Source: Snuella lapsa (GTDB taxonomy: Bacteria; Bacteroidota; Bacteroidia; Flavobacteriales; Flavobacteriaceae). From it: a stretch of 64,000 bases of DNA. The position numbers and the translations under genes were made by a program. The DNA lies in NCBI RefSeq assembly GCF_039539345.1, contig NZ_BAABCY010000086.1:16859-80858 (forward strand). Reading direction: 5' to 3'. This document shows positions 1-9,771 of this stretch, one piece after another (position 1 is the first letter of the stretch; each line of letters begins with the position of its first letter). The notes under the pieces are model-generated. The model was not told the DNA's origin and did not search any database. It saw nothing but the letters and a program-made list of their open reading frames with translations.

Positions 1-422
1 ATACCTTCGTAGAAATCTACTTTGGAGATAGCATAAGTGCAATCGGTACACTCAGATGGTTTAAAAATAAGCTTGTTGTTTTCTATTATGTCGGGAAGCT
101 CACATTCGGTATTTAAATAATAATTCCCTAAAAGTTTGTTGTTATTGTTAAATACTAAGATCAAATTGGTCACTTTTTTAGTAGGTCCCCAGTGCCAACT
201 AGATGTCATGACTTTAAAAACTTCATTTGTTTTAGTAGTAATATTTCCCAAATAGGTTAGATGGGTCTCTGTGTCACCAGATGCACTCCACTTGCCAAAA
301 ACAAAACGCTGTTCTTTAACATTTCTAAGTAAAACAGTTTGTCTTATTTCTTCGTCTTGAAGTTGGGCAAATGCAGTTGAACAAAAAAACAAAGTCATGA
401 ATGCTATTAAGTGTGCTTTCAT
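1..422 (-). CDS. Secreted hypothetical protein, N-terminal part only (ORF runs off window start; ATG at 422..420)
   Basis: Open minus-strand frame from 422 to the window edge with no stop; N-terminus MKAHLIAFMTLFFCSTAFAQ is a typical signal peptide. Not in the ORF track, probably because it has no stop. Confidence 0.45.
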   Translation of the reverse strand, partial: MKAHLIAFMTLFFCSTAFAQLQDEEIRQTVLLRNVKEQRFVFGKWSASGDTETHLTYLGNITTKTNEVFKVMTSSWHWGPTKKVTNLILVFNNNNKLLGNYYLNTECELPDIIENNKLIFKPSECTDCTYAISKVDFYEG

Positions 423-691
423 ATAGGGATGTGGTTTGGTTAAGGCTTGCCAAAATAATAAAAAAATATTAAATAACACCAAAGATGTTTAAATAGCTGA
501 AATTAAATAAGTTGCATTTGTGTGTTGAACTTAAAATTTAAGTACCTTGTGCAGGTACGGAAGAGTGTATTGATTTTAAACCCTATAAATTTGCATTGTG
601 TTTTTAACCAATGGCTGCGTGTAATCGTATAAAAAAGCTGGGTAGTTTGTCTTCATTTTGTACTTTTATGCCAATATTAATTACTACATCT

Positions 692-1117
692 ATGCAATTA
701 TCTAAAGAAGAGGTTTTAGCTCAAGCCAATTCAGTTAGTAAAGGTACTTTAATGGAGACTTTGCAGATTGAAATAGTGGATTTTGGGCCAGATTTTTTAA
801 CAGCAAGAATGCCTGTGAATTCTAGGGTCTATCAGCCTGACGGATTGCTTCATGGTGGTGCTACAGCAGCTTTAGCAGAAAGTGTCGGTAGTTTTGCCTC
901 GCATATTTTTTTGGACACCAAAAAATTTTTTATACGAGGTATAGAAATAACTGCTAACCACCTAAAAGGCGTTAAAGATGGTTACGTATATGCAAAGGCG
1001 ACATTTTTGCATAAAGGACGAACAACCCAATTGTTGGATATTAAAGTAACGGATGATGAAGGTAATTTGATTTCAGTAGCCAAATTGTCAACCATTTCAT
1101 TACCTAAAAACCAATAG
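692..1117 (+). CDS. PaaI/hotdog-fold thioesterase, likely 1,4-dihydroxy-2-naphthoyl-CoA hydrolase (track ORF starts 611; internal Met at 692 is the more plausible start)
   Basis: LHGGATAALAES hotdog thioesterase motif; sits immediately upstream of menF/menD. Confidence 0.65.
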   Translation: MQLSKEEVLAQANSVSKGTLMETLQIEIVDFGPDFLTARMPVNSRVYQPDGLLHGGATAALAESVGSFASHIFLDTKKFFIRGIEITANHLKGVKDGYVYAKATFLHKGRTTQLLDIKVTDDEGNLISVAKLSTISLPKNQ

Positions 1118-1122
1118 TTTAG

Positions 1123-2262
1123 ATGACTTTGGATGATTTTTTCAAACGTATTAATGAACAATACGAAAGTAAACTTCCGTTTGTAGTATACAGAAAGCCC
1201 AATGAAATAAAAATTGTTTCGCTGCTCCAAAAATCTGATGATGTATTTGCTGTTCAGGATTTTAACGAGCAAGGCTTTGTGTTTGCGCCTTTTGATAAGA
1301 GTAGGGAAAAGACCATTCTGATACCAATAACCCATTCAGAAACTATTTTTGTTGACTCCGAAGAGCTAGTGGGAGGTGGAATATGCTTAAATAGAACTGT
1401 ATTAAGTTCGGGTAGCGGTAGTAACGAAACAGATAAGCAGGAACATATTGAGCTGGTACAAAGCAGTATAAACGAAATCAAAAATAAACAGTTTAAAAAG
1501 GTGGTATTATCTCGAAAAGAGAAAGTAATACTTCAAGAAAACAGCCCCATAGCACTATTAAAGAAGTTGTTGGATTTGTATAAGGAGGCATTTGTTTATT
1601 GTTGGTATCATCCTAAAATTGGACTTTGGTTAGGTGCAACACCTGAAACGCTAATTAAAATTGATGGAAAAAAATTTTCAGTCATGTCATTAGCTGGAAC
1701 TCAAGGGTATAAGGGAGATGAAAGCGTAACATGGGGTGTTAAAGAAAAAAATGAACAAAGCTATGTTACTGACTATATAATCAGCAGCTTGGATGGTTTT
1801 TCAGATAGCGTAAAAGTTTCAGGGACCCAAACAGTCAAAGCTGGCAATTTATTGCATTTAAGAACCCAGGTTTCAGGAACTCTGAGTAGGGGTGTAAATG
1901 GTTTAAAAGACTTACTTTATAGATTGCATCCTACACCGGCAGTTTGCGGATTGCCAAAAGAAACCTCTAAGCAGTACATTTTAAAAAGCGAAAACTATAA
2001 TCGTGAGTTTTATTCTGGCTTTTTAGGAGAGCTTAATATGGAAACCCAGATAGCTCCCCGAACAGGTAAAAGAAACATTGAAAATAGAGCTTATACAGTA
2101 AACAGAAAACACACCCAACTGTATGTAAACTTAAGATGCATGCAAATTAAGGCTAATGAAGCTTTAGTATATGTTGGAGGAGGAATTACGGAAAGTTCCA
2201 TTCCTGAAAAAGAATGGGAAGAGACAGTGTTAAAATCTTTGGTGATTAAAAGTATCCTGTAG
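1123..2262 (+). CDS. menF: Isochorismate synthase (menaquinone-specific)
   Basis: Chorismate-binding enzyme C-terminal signature (GGGITESSIPEKEWEET); adjacent to menD. Confidence 0.8.
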   Translation: MTLDDFFKRINEQYESKLPFVVYRKPNEIKIVSLLQKSDDVFAVQDFNEQGFVFAPFDKSREKTILIPITHSETIFVDSEELVGGGICLNRTVLSSGSGSNETDKQEHIELVQSSINEIKNKQFKKVVLSRKEKVILQENSPIALLKKLLDLYKEAFVYCWYHPKIGLWLGATPETLIKIDGKKFSVMSLAGTQGYKGDESVTWGVKEKNEQSYVTDYIISSLDGFSDSVKVSGTQTVKAGNLLHLRTQVSGTLSRGVNGLKDLLYRLHPTPAVCGLPKETSKQYILKSENYNREFYSGFLGELNMETQIAPRTGKRNIENRAYTVNRKHTQLYVNLRCMQIKANEALVYVGGGITESSIPEKEWEETVLKSLVIKSIL

Positions 2263-2311
2263 CTAAATTATTAAGGGCTTATTTTATATTTTTGCCTTAG
2301 ATTAAAACTTC

Positions 2312-4072
2312 ATGATATACCCAAAAATTCCCTTGGCTCAAACAGTTGTACAGCTGTTTAAAGCTAAAAACATAAAACATGTAATTATTTCTCCTGGCAG
2401 TAGAAATGCTCCGTTAACCATAGGGTTTTCTAACGATGTGTTTTTTAAATGCTATAGTATTGTCGACGAACGTTGCGCGGCCTTCTTTGCCTTGGGGATT
2501 GCACAGCAATTAAAGGAGCCTGTGGCTGTTATTTGTACATCGGGTAGTGCTTTGTTAAATTATTATCCAGCTGTTGCAGAGGCATTTTACAGCAATATTC
2601 CCCTAGTGGTGCTTTCAGCAGATAGGCCCAAGCATTTAATAGGTGTAGGAGATGGACAAACAATCAATCAAAAGAATGTATTTGCCAATCATATTTTGTA
2701 TGAGGCCAATTTAAAATTAGATATAAAGGATGAAAATAACATTCCTGTAGACGAAGAGTTGCCGATACTAAAAAACCTTGAGGATAAGTTGGAGCGTTTC
2801 CTGGGCTTACAAAAAGGAATACAGGTCTATAACGAAGGTGAAATCAATAGCGCTGTAAATCATGCTATAATAAAGAAAGGGCCTGTGCATATAAATGTGC
2901 CTTTCGACGAACCTCTTTATGAGGTAGTTGAAACTCCATGTGTTTCCCCAAAAGTTGAAGAGGTACAGTTTAAGTCAAAAACAATTGATGCCTACGAGTT
3001 ACAAGAGTGTTTAGAGTATTGGAATGCAGCTTCTAAAAAGATGATACTAGTGGGGGTGAATTACCCTGACGAAATTGAGCAAAAATGGCTTGATGAACTA
3101 GCCGAAGACGATAGTGTTATGGTATTTACCGAAACAACATCTAATATACAACACGATAATTTTTTCCCAAGTATTGATCAGATAATTGCCCCGTTGTCTC
3201 CCGATAAACAAAAACAATTGCAACCTGATGTGCTTTTGACTTTTGGAGGCTTAATTGTTTCTAAAAAAATAAAAGCACTGTTACGAAAATATCAGCCCAA
3301 ACAACACTGGCATGTAGATGAGAAATCGGCCAACGATACATTTTTTTGTTTAAATAAGCATATAAAAACTTCTCCAAATCAGTTTTTTGAGTCGTTTTTC
3401 GAAAAGCAGACACATTATGTAAAAAGTACTTATAAAGACATTTGGCTTGCTGTAAAAGAATACCGAATAGAGAAGCACAAGGCCTATCTAAAAGAAGTTC
3501 CGTTTTGCGATTTAAAGGTCTTCGATGTGGTATTGAGAAACATTCCTGATAATAGTGTGTTACACGTTAGTAATAGTTCGGCAATTCGTTATATGCAACT
3601 TTTTAATTGCAATAAGACGGTTCAGGTGTTTTGTAACCGAGGAACCAGTGGTATAGATGGGAGTACAGCAACTGCAATAGGGGGTTCTGTAGTGAGTGAA
3701 AGGCGCACCACTTTTATAACAGGGGATTTAAGTTTTTTCTATGATAGCAATGCATTGTGGAATAATTACACTCAAAAAGATTTTAGGATTGTTGTTATAA
3801 ATAACCAAGGAGGAGGGATTTTCAGAATCCTTCCCGGGCATAAGAATACAGCGAATTTTGAAACCTACTTCGAAACCCGTCACGACCTAACGGCTGAACA
3901 CCTATGTAAAATGCATGGTTACAAATACACTATGGCATCGACCGAAATGGGGTTAAAGAAGGTGTTAAAGGAATTTTATGAAGATGGAGAGCGACCAAAA
4001 CTGTTAGAGGTGTTTACGCCCAGGGAATTGAATGACGAGCTGCTTTTGCAGTATTTTGATTATTTAAAGTAG
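2312..4072 (+). CDS. menD: 2-succinyl-5-enolpyruvyl-6-hydroxy-3-cyclohexene-1-carboxylate synthase (TPP-dependent)
   Basis: 586 aa TPP-enzyme architecture (GSRNAPL N-terminal motif, GDLSFFYD TPP-binding region); menF neighbour. Confidence 0.8.
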   Translation: MIYPKIPLAQTVVQLFKAKNIKHVIISPGSRNAPLTIGFSNDVFFKCYSIVDERCAAFFALGIAQQLKEPVAVICTSGSALLNYYPAVAEAFYSNIPLVVLSADRPKHLIGVGDGQTINQKNVFANHILYEANLKLDIKDENNIPVDEELPILKNLEDKLERFLGLQKGIQVYNEGEINSAVNHAIIKKGPVHINVPFDEPLYEVVETPCVSPKVEEVQFKSKTIDAYELQECLEYWNAASKKMILVGVNYPDEIEQKWLDELAEDDSVMVFTETTSNIQHDNFFPSIDQIIAPLSPDKQKQLQPDVLLTFGGLIVSKKIKALLRKYQPKQHWHVDEKSANDTFFCLNKHIKTSPNQFFESFFEKQTHYVKSTYKDIWLAVKEYRIEKHKAYLKEVPFCDLKVFDVVLRNIPDNSVLHVSNSSAIRYMQLFNCNKTVQVFCNRGTSGIDGSTATAIGGSVVSERRTTFITGDLSFFYDSNALWNNYTQKDFRIVVINNQGGGIFRILPGHKNTANFETYFETRHDLTAEHLCKMHGYKYTMASTEMGLKKVLKEFYEDGERPKLLEVFTPRELNDELLLQYFDYLK

Positions 4073-4146
4073 AATAACCTATGCTTCTCCGTAGAACAAA
4101 GAGCTAAAATGTTATATTTAAAACTTATTTAAAAACCGATTTTATC

Positions 4147-4485
4147 ATGAACAAACGAGATGAACTTATAGCTAAGTATGTAATTGAGCTAAAAGACAAA
4201 TTTAATATTGATGCGGACATGGAGCTGTTAGCCAAGATAACTGTAGGATGTGGTCCGTCGATTTATAATGCAGATGCTTCGACTGTTTCTAGTTCTGACG
4301 AATCAGAATTGGATAGAGTAAAAACCAATTTTTTAATTAAAAAGTTAGGTCTAGACGATAATGAGGAACTGGATCAAGCTATAGCTTCTGTCATGGAAAA
4401 GTACGGAAAGACGAATCGAAGTAAGTATAGGGTGGTTGTTTATTATTTGTTAACCAAGTATTTTAGCAAAGAATCCGTTTACTAA
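4147..4485 (+). CDS. DUF2853-like small conserved protein
   Basis: 112 aa acidic protein; clean ORF followed by a strong bidirectional terminator. Confidence 0.5.
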   Translation: MNKRDELIAKYVIELKDKFNIDADMELLAKITVGCGPSIYNADASTVSSSDESELDRVKTNFLIKKLGLDDNEELDQAIASVMEKYGKTNRSKYRVVVYYLLTKYFSKESVY

Positions 4486-4494
4486 AGTAAAAAA

Positions 4495-4533
4495 GTTGTC
4501 TAAAACACCTATTTAACTAGTATTTTAGACAAC
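4495..4533. terminator. Bidirectional intrinsic terminator (11-bp perfect stem gttgtctaaaa/ttttagacaac)
   Basis: Perfect inverted repeat between convergent genes, followed by a T-run. Confidence 0.6.
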
Positions 4534-4575
4534 CTATTTTCTCTGCGGAACTTTTAGAATAGTCGGTTCTTTTGA

Positions 4576-6045
4576 TTATTTTATCTTTTTGCGTGTTTTT
4601 AAAGTTAAAGGCTTACGCGTGTAACCAAACAAGCGGTAATCTTTTATAAGGTCTGCTGTTCCTTCGGGAACCATATCTTCCCAACCATGATCTCCTTCAT
4701 TTATCATTTGTAAAATTTGCCTAGAGAAAATATTCATAATGCTTGAATCATACTCTTTAATATCGGATACTTTACCGTTGTACTTAAAGAATTTGTACAA
4801 TTCTTTCATTCTAGGGTATACCTTTAAGTTCTCACTGTTTATTAGCTCTCCAGTGTCAGGATTTAGCATAGGGTAAAGGTAAACCTTTAAATCCTTGAAG
4901 AATAACTTACCAAAGGCTTCAAGAATACCTCCACTTAAGTGTCTGTAATATTTTTCATCAAAAATATCTACCAGATTACTAACTCCCATCGCAAGTCCCA
5001 TTCTTGCTTTGGTGTATTTAGAGAAATATTCTACAACTTTATAATATTCCTGGAAGTTGGAAATCATAACCGATTGTCCTAATGAACATAGTAAATCGGC
5101 TCTGTCGATAAAATCCTGTTCATCAATCTCGCCTTCAGCTCTTAAATTAGACAGTGTTATTTCAAAAACAACAATAGTATTCTTAGGGTTGACCCTGTTT
5201 TCTTTGATAAACATATCGTATGACTTCTCATACATCTCCATATTAACTTTTGTAACAGGCCTAAAGCTGCCGCGCAGTGCCAAAACATTCTTTTTATAGA
5301 AAACTTTGGCAGGAAGCACATTGGTGCCGTCTGGTCCAAACATTACGGCGTCGGTCATGCCATTTTTAACCAACTGCAAACTCATTAAGCGATTGTCCAC
5401 ATTTTTAAATACAGGGCCAGAGAAGTTTATGGTGTCTATTTCCAGTTGGTCTTTGTCTAGGTGATCGTACAAATAACGCAATAATTTTTTTGGCTCGTTG
5501 TACTTATAGAAGGCTCCATATATTAAATTAGTCCCTAAAACACCTAGTGTTTCTTGTTGTAGCCTAGCATCGGTTTCTTTAAAGCGTACGTGTAAAATGA
5601 TTTCGTTATACCCTTTGTTTTCTTCAACCTGATATTTAATACCTACCCAACCATGACCTTTGTACTGCTTAGCGAAATCTATCGTGGCAACGGTATTGGC
5701 ATAGGTAAAAAATATTTTGTTTGGGTGCTTGTCTCTTGTAATGCGCTGTTCCATGAGTTCCATTTCATGGGTAAGCATTTTTCTTAAACGAGCTTCGGTA
5801 ACATAACGTCCATCATCTTCAGCTCCATAAATAGCGTCACTAAAATCCTTGTCGTATGCAGACATTGCCTTTGCTATGGTTCCAGAAGCACCTCCAGCCC
5901 TAAAAAAATGCCTGGCTGTTTCCTGTCCTGCACCAATTTCGGCAAAAGTTCCGTAGATGTTTTCGTTTAAATTTATACGTAAGGCCTTTGATTTCAATGA
6001 AGGAACATCATCAAATTCTTTATCGCCTTTTATGGTAATTTCCAT
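4576..6045 (-). CDS. Conserved hypothetical cytoplasmic protein (489 aa), function unknown
   Basis: Long uninterrupted ORF with no signal peptide or TM segments; I recognise no family signature. Confidence 0.6.
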   Translation of the reverse strand: MEITIKGDKEFDDVPSLKSKALRINLNENIYGTFAEIGAGQETARHFFRAGGASGTIAKAMSAYDKDFSDAIYGAEDDGRYVTEARLRKMLTHEMELMEQRITRDKHPNKIFFTYANTVATIDFAKQYKGHGWVGIKYQVEENKGYNEIILHVRFKETDARLQQETLGVLGTNLIYGAFYKYNEPKKLLRYLYDHLDKDQLEIDTINFSGPVFKNVDNRLMSLQLVKNGMTDAVMFGPDGTNVLPAKVFYKKNVLALRGSFRPVTKVNMEMYEKSYDMFIKENRVNPKNTIVVFEITLSNLRAEGEIDEQDFIDRADLLCSLGQSVMISNFQEYYKVVEYFSKYTKARMGLAMGVSNLVDIFDEKYYRHLSGGILEAFGKLFFKDLKVYLYPMLNPDTGELINSENLKVYPRMKELYKFFKYNGKVSDIKEYDSSIMNIFSRQILQMINEGDHGWEDMVPEGTADLIKDYRLFGYTRKPLTLKTRKKIK

Positions 6046-6138
6046 ATCATTTTATAGGTTATATCTTATGCTTACAAAGGTATTAAATAAGATAGGTAAA
6101 ATAAAAAATAAGCTTATTTTTGTCTAAAATTAACGTTT

Positions 6139-6900
6139 TTGAAAGTAACTTTTCTCGGTACAGGCACATCTCAAGGCATTCCAATAATAGGCAGTAAGCA
6201 CCCCGTGTGTCTTAGCGACAACCCTAAAGACAAGCGATTACGTGTTTCTGTTCTTATTGAATGGGGCAATGTATCGTATGTTGTAGACTGTGGCCCGGAT
6301 TTTAGGCAACAAATGTTGCGAGCTAATGTAGAAAGGTTGGACGGAATTTTACTTACACACGAGCATACCGATCATGTTATTGGCTTAGACGATATAAGGC
6401 CTTTTTATTTTAGGCAAGGCGATGTTCCGATATATGGACATGAGAGAGTGTTAGGTGAATTAAAAAAGCGTTTTGAATACATTTTCACGACAGAAGATAA
6501 ATACCCGGGAGCACCCTCTGTGAAAACAAACATAATCAAGAACGCGCCCTTTGAGTTAAGTGGTTTAGAGGTTGTGCCTATTAATGGCATGCACAATAAG
6601 TTGCAGGTGTTTGGGTTTAGGTTTGGGGATTTTGCATATTTAACCGATATGAAAACCGTGTCGGACAAAGAGGTTGAAAAAATTAAAAACATAAAAGTAT
6701 TGGTTGTTAACGCACTCCGGATTGAACCGCACATTGCGCATTTTAATCTAGAAGAAGCCTTGCGGTTTATTGAAAGAGTACGGCCTGAAAAAGCTTATAT
6801 TACCCATATAAGTCATTTGTTGGGTTTCCATGACGAAGTGGAGGAGACATTGCCTAAAGATGTGTATTTGGCTTATGATGGCCTTCAGTTAACATTATAG
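6139..6900 (+). CDS. MBL-fold metallo-hydrolase (PhnP-like)
   Basis: HEHTDHVIGLDD (HxHxDH) metallo-beta-lactamase motif. Confidence 0.75.
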   Translation: MKVTFLGTGTSQGIPIIGSKHPVCLSDNPKDKRLRVSVLIEWGNVSYVVDCGPDFRQQMLRANVERLDGILLTHEHTDHVIGLDDIRPFYFRQGDVPIYGHERVLGELKKRFEYIFTTEDKYPGAPSVKTNIIKNAPFELSGLEVVPINGMHNKLQVFGFRFGDFAYLTDMKTVSDKEVEKIKNIKVLVVNALRIEPHIAHFNLEEALRFIERVRPEKAYITHISHLLGFHDEVEETLPKDVYLAYDGLQLTL

Positions 6901-6917
6901 AGTAAATCATTAAATTA

Positions 6918-7427
6918 TTGATTGTGATGAAACAGAAGATTTTTATATACCTATTCGTTTTTTCCATATTGCTGGTGCTGTTCCAGTATGTAAATGCCAA
7001 GCGTGTTTTTGAGGATTTAAATGGTAGGCTTGAAAGTAATAAAGCAAAGCTTGAAAAGTACAAGGACTCTATTGCTGTAATGCAAGATGATATTTTAACG
7101 CTGTCTCATTTTAATTTAGATAGAAATGAAGACGCCATAAGTTATTTTGAGGCAGACGGGTATAACGTAAGTGAGTTGATGCCGTTTATAAAGGATGAAC
7201 TTTATAAGTTAAACGAAGTGAAAGGTGAGCACCCAATTGTCCCATATGCTGCAAGTGAAGGTCGAAAAATGCTCATAAATACCGTTAAGCTATTAAATCA
7301 TAAGTGGATTATTGCCGATTTCTCTGATGGACAGTATTGGGGAGAGCTATTCTTGACTTATGAAATCACTAAAGAAAAAGAGCTTAAGTTTGAGCTTGTT
7401 GAATCGTTTTTATACCCTTTTTATTAG
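6918..7427 (+). CDS. Hypothetical membrane-anchored/secreted protein
   Basis: N-terminal hydrophobic segment; likely start at MKQKIF (6927). Confidence 0.45.
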   Translation: MIVMKQKIFIYLFVFSILLVLFQYVNAKRVFEDLNGRLESNKAKLEKYKDSIAVMQDDILTLSHFNLDRNEDAISYFEADGYNVSELMPFIKDELYKLNEVKGEHPIVPYAASEGRKMLINTVKLLNHKWIIADFSDGQYWGELFLTYEITKEKELKFELVESFLYPFY

Positions 7428-7431
7428 CTAA

Positions 7432-7800
7432 TTAATCAGCTCTGTAGGCTGTTCCTTTCTGTTTGATGACCTCTCCAACATACGAATACTCGTATGTATA
7501 AGAGGAATCCGTTGTTGTTAGTATTTTTAAATGGATGTCTTTCTGTTCTGCCATATTCTTGGGATTAATGGTTTTAAATACAACCTCGCAGTCATTTATC
7601 CATCTTAACTGGGCGGAATCTATTTTGTTGTTGTAAGTTTCTATTTGGAGTACTTCTGTTCTTTTAAATTTAGATTTATACAAAACACCATCTATGGTAA
7701 CTTCGCTATAAAACGTGCCAGTTTTGTAATCAACACAATTGCGGCTTGTCTGGTAGCATGCACAAAGGCTTAAAAAAAAGGGAAGGATCAAGAGCCTCAT
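7432..7800 (-). CDS. Hypothetical lipoprotein
   Basis: Signal peptide with lipobox (FLSLC). Confidence 0.5.
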   Translation of the reverse strand: MRLLILPFFLSLCACYQTSRNCVDYKTGTFYSEVTIDGVLYKSKFKRTEVLQIETYNNKIDSAQLRWINDCEVVFKTINPKNMAEQKDIHLKILTTTDSSYTYEYSYVGEVIKQKGTAYRAD

Positions 7801-7881
7801 AAAAAAAGTTTTAGCAAAACTACTAAAGAATTATGGATTTGTAGTTGAAAAAACCGTCCAAAACACTACCTGTTGATATGT

Positions 7882-8253
7882 TTAGCCTTCATAGCTTTTA
7901 AAGCTGCCATCAGAATAAAAGACAACAATGCGCTCAATGGATTTGCTTTTTTGTGTATGAACATTTGGATCTTTCTCCTTGGGGTTGACTGGAGACTCGT
8001 TTGCTTCAAAAGCATTCGGTTTATTAGTGGAAGGGAAGGAGCCCTTGCCGTTTAGTAGCCAATAAATTTCTACTTCAGGAAAAGCAGAAAGAACCTTTAA
8101 AACAAACTCAAGACTGGGTTTGTTTCTGCCGGATAATATATGTGAAATACTTGAGCGTTGAACGCCTACCTTTTCCGCAAAGGAGGAAGCCGATTCACCG
8201 TAATATTCCATGATATATTGAAGTCTTTTAGCGAATGCTTCATTGTTTACCAT
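7882..8253 (-). CDS. XRE-family helix-turn-helix transcriptional regulator
   Basis: HTH_XRE signature (ASSFAEKVGVQRSSISHILSGRNKPSLEFVLKV); divergent from the M14 peptidase gene across a dyad-rich spacer. Confidence 0.7.
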   Translation of the reverse strand: MVNNEAFAKRLQYIMEYYGESASSFAEKVGVQRSSISHILSGRNKPSLEFVLKVLSAFPEVEIYWLLNGKGSFPSTNKPNAFEANESPVNPKEKDPNVHTQKSKSIERIVVFYSDGSFKSYEG

Positions 8254-8456
8254 TGTAAAAACATAGTTAGAGATTTGCTGTTTACAAATGTAGTAAATAA
8301 TATGTTGGTTACTGAATTGTGTGCTAAAAAGATTAAAATTATTTAAATTTATAATTTATATTAATGACTCTAATAAGCTGATAATAAATTTATTATGATT
8401 TTACTCTTCTTGCTGTTTGTTTTCCTTTGCATTGGTCTTTGTTTTTATAATAGAAG

Positions 8457-8528
8457 TTGTAAACAATTGTAAACAAATCAATAAAATCTTTATGTATACA
8501 ATTGTAAAAGTGTAATTGTTTACATTTG
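8457..8528. promoter_or_regulatory. Operator-like repeats (TTGTAAACAA x2 tandem, ACAATTGT palindromes, ATTGTTTACA) overlapping a TAcaTTTG -7 box at 8521-8528
   Basis: Direct reading. The same TGTTTACA motif adjoins a reverse-strand -7-like box (CAAAtgTA, 8284-8291) for the divergent XRE gene. Confidence 0.4.
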
Positions 8529-8546
8529 TGCGGTAAAATAATTTTG

Positions 8547-9701
8547 ATGAAAGTAGAAGAAATTAAGTCTCTATTCCAGGGGCAAAAAGAACACACATTA
8601 ACACATAGATATGTTACTAATAGTCATATAGTACATTTGCTAGATGATTTAAAAAAACATGTGGATGTGGAAGTAATTGGAACATCTGTTTTAAACGATA
8701 GTATTTGGGGATTGAAAATTGGCACTGGCAATAAAAGGATATTAATGTGGTCTCAAATGCATGGTAACGAATCAACAACAACAAAGGCAATATTTGATTT
8801 ATTGAATACATTCGTCAATGTTTCCAGTTTAAATTATATTCTAGAAGCATGCACATTATATATTATCCCTATCTTAAATCCAGATGGAGCCAAGGTTTAT
8901 ACACGTATTAATGCCAATGAGGTCGATTTAAATAGAGATGCTCAGTTGTTGTCCCAGCCCGAGAGTTTGGTTTTAAAGCAGGCTTTTGAGGCCTTCAAGC
9001 CTCATTTTTGCTATAATCTACATGGGCAACGGACTATTTTTAGTGCGGGAAAGACAAACAAGCCTGCTACTGTTTCGTTTTTAGCGCCCGCACAGGATAA
9101 AGATTGTACAATTACAGCTAATAGAAAAGTTGCTATGGAAGTTATTGGGGTTATGAACGGAGCCTTGCAACAGCTTATACCTAATCAAATAGGGGTTTAC
9201 GACGACGCTTTTAATTTAAATTGCGTTGGTGATACCTTTCAGAGTAAAAATGTGCCGACCATTTTGTTCGAAGCTGGTCATTTTCATAATGATTATGAAA
9301 GAGAGCATACGCGGGAATACATTTATATTTCTTTGTTGAGTTCTCTTGATTATATAGCGAAACATAATGTTGATGGTAGTAATTATAAGTCCTACTTGGA
9401 TATTCCTGAAAATGAAAAATGTTTTTTAGATATTATTATAAGAAATGTGAACTTAGGAACTGAAACAGAAGAAACTATTGCTGATGTAGGTGTATTGTAT
9501 CAGGAAAAATTGGTGGATAGCAAAGTAGAATTTATACCAAAAATTGAATCTATTGGTAATTTGGATGGTTTTTTTGGGCATAAAGAGTTAAATGCAAATC
9601 GATTGCAGGTATTGGGAGCAGATGGTCAGTCGTTAAAAACGGGAGACGAAAACGTTTTCGTAATTATGAAAAATGAAAAAATCTCATTATTATTGGGATA
9701 A
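8547..9701 (+). CDS. M14-family zinc carboxypeptidase / succinylglutamate-desuccinylase-like protein
   Basis: HGNES zinc-binding motif (MWSQMHGNESTTTKA); track ORF starts 8526, MKVEEIK at 8547 is more plausible. Confidence 0.6.
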   Translation: MKVEEIKSLFQGQKEHTLTHRYVTNSHIVHLLDDLKKHVDVEVIGTSVLNDSIWGLKIGTGNKRILMWSQMHGNESTTTKAIFDLLNTFVNVSSLNYILEACTLYIIPILNPDGAKVYTRINANEVDLNRDAQLLSQPESLVLKQAFEAFKPHFCYNLHGQRTIFSAGKTNKPATVSFLAPAQDKDCTITANRKVAMEVIGVMNGALQQLIPNQIGVYDDAFNLNCVGDTFQSKNVPTILFEAGHFHNDYEREHTREYIYISLLSSLDYIAKHNVDGSNYKSYLDIPENEKCFLDIIIRNVNLGTETEETIADVGVLYQEKLVDSKVEFIPKIESIGNLDGFFGHKELNANRLQVLGADGQSLKTGDENVFVIMKNEKISLLLG

Positions 9702-9771
9702 AGGGCATCATTTGTCCGTAATTTTTAATAAAAATATACTATTTTTGATTTTTATTTAAGAATAGTTAATT

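Noticed and set aside
982-1335. 117-aa antisense ORF spanning the thioesterase/menF junction, and similar antisense ORFs in the track (e.g. 12386-12670, 24341-24736, 26313-26540, 35187-35588, 40590-41069, 50775-51164)
   Set aside because: All lie opposite strongly supported conserved genes, have low-complexity or Ser/Pro/Cys-rich translations and lack any recognisable motifs; they are frame artefacts.
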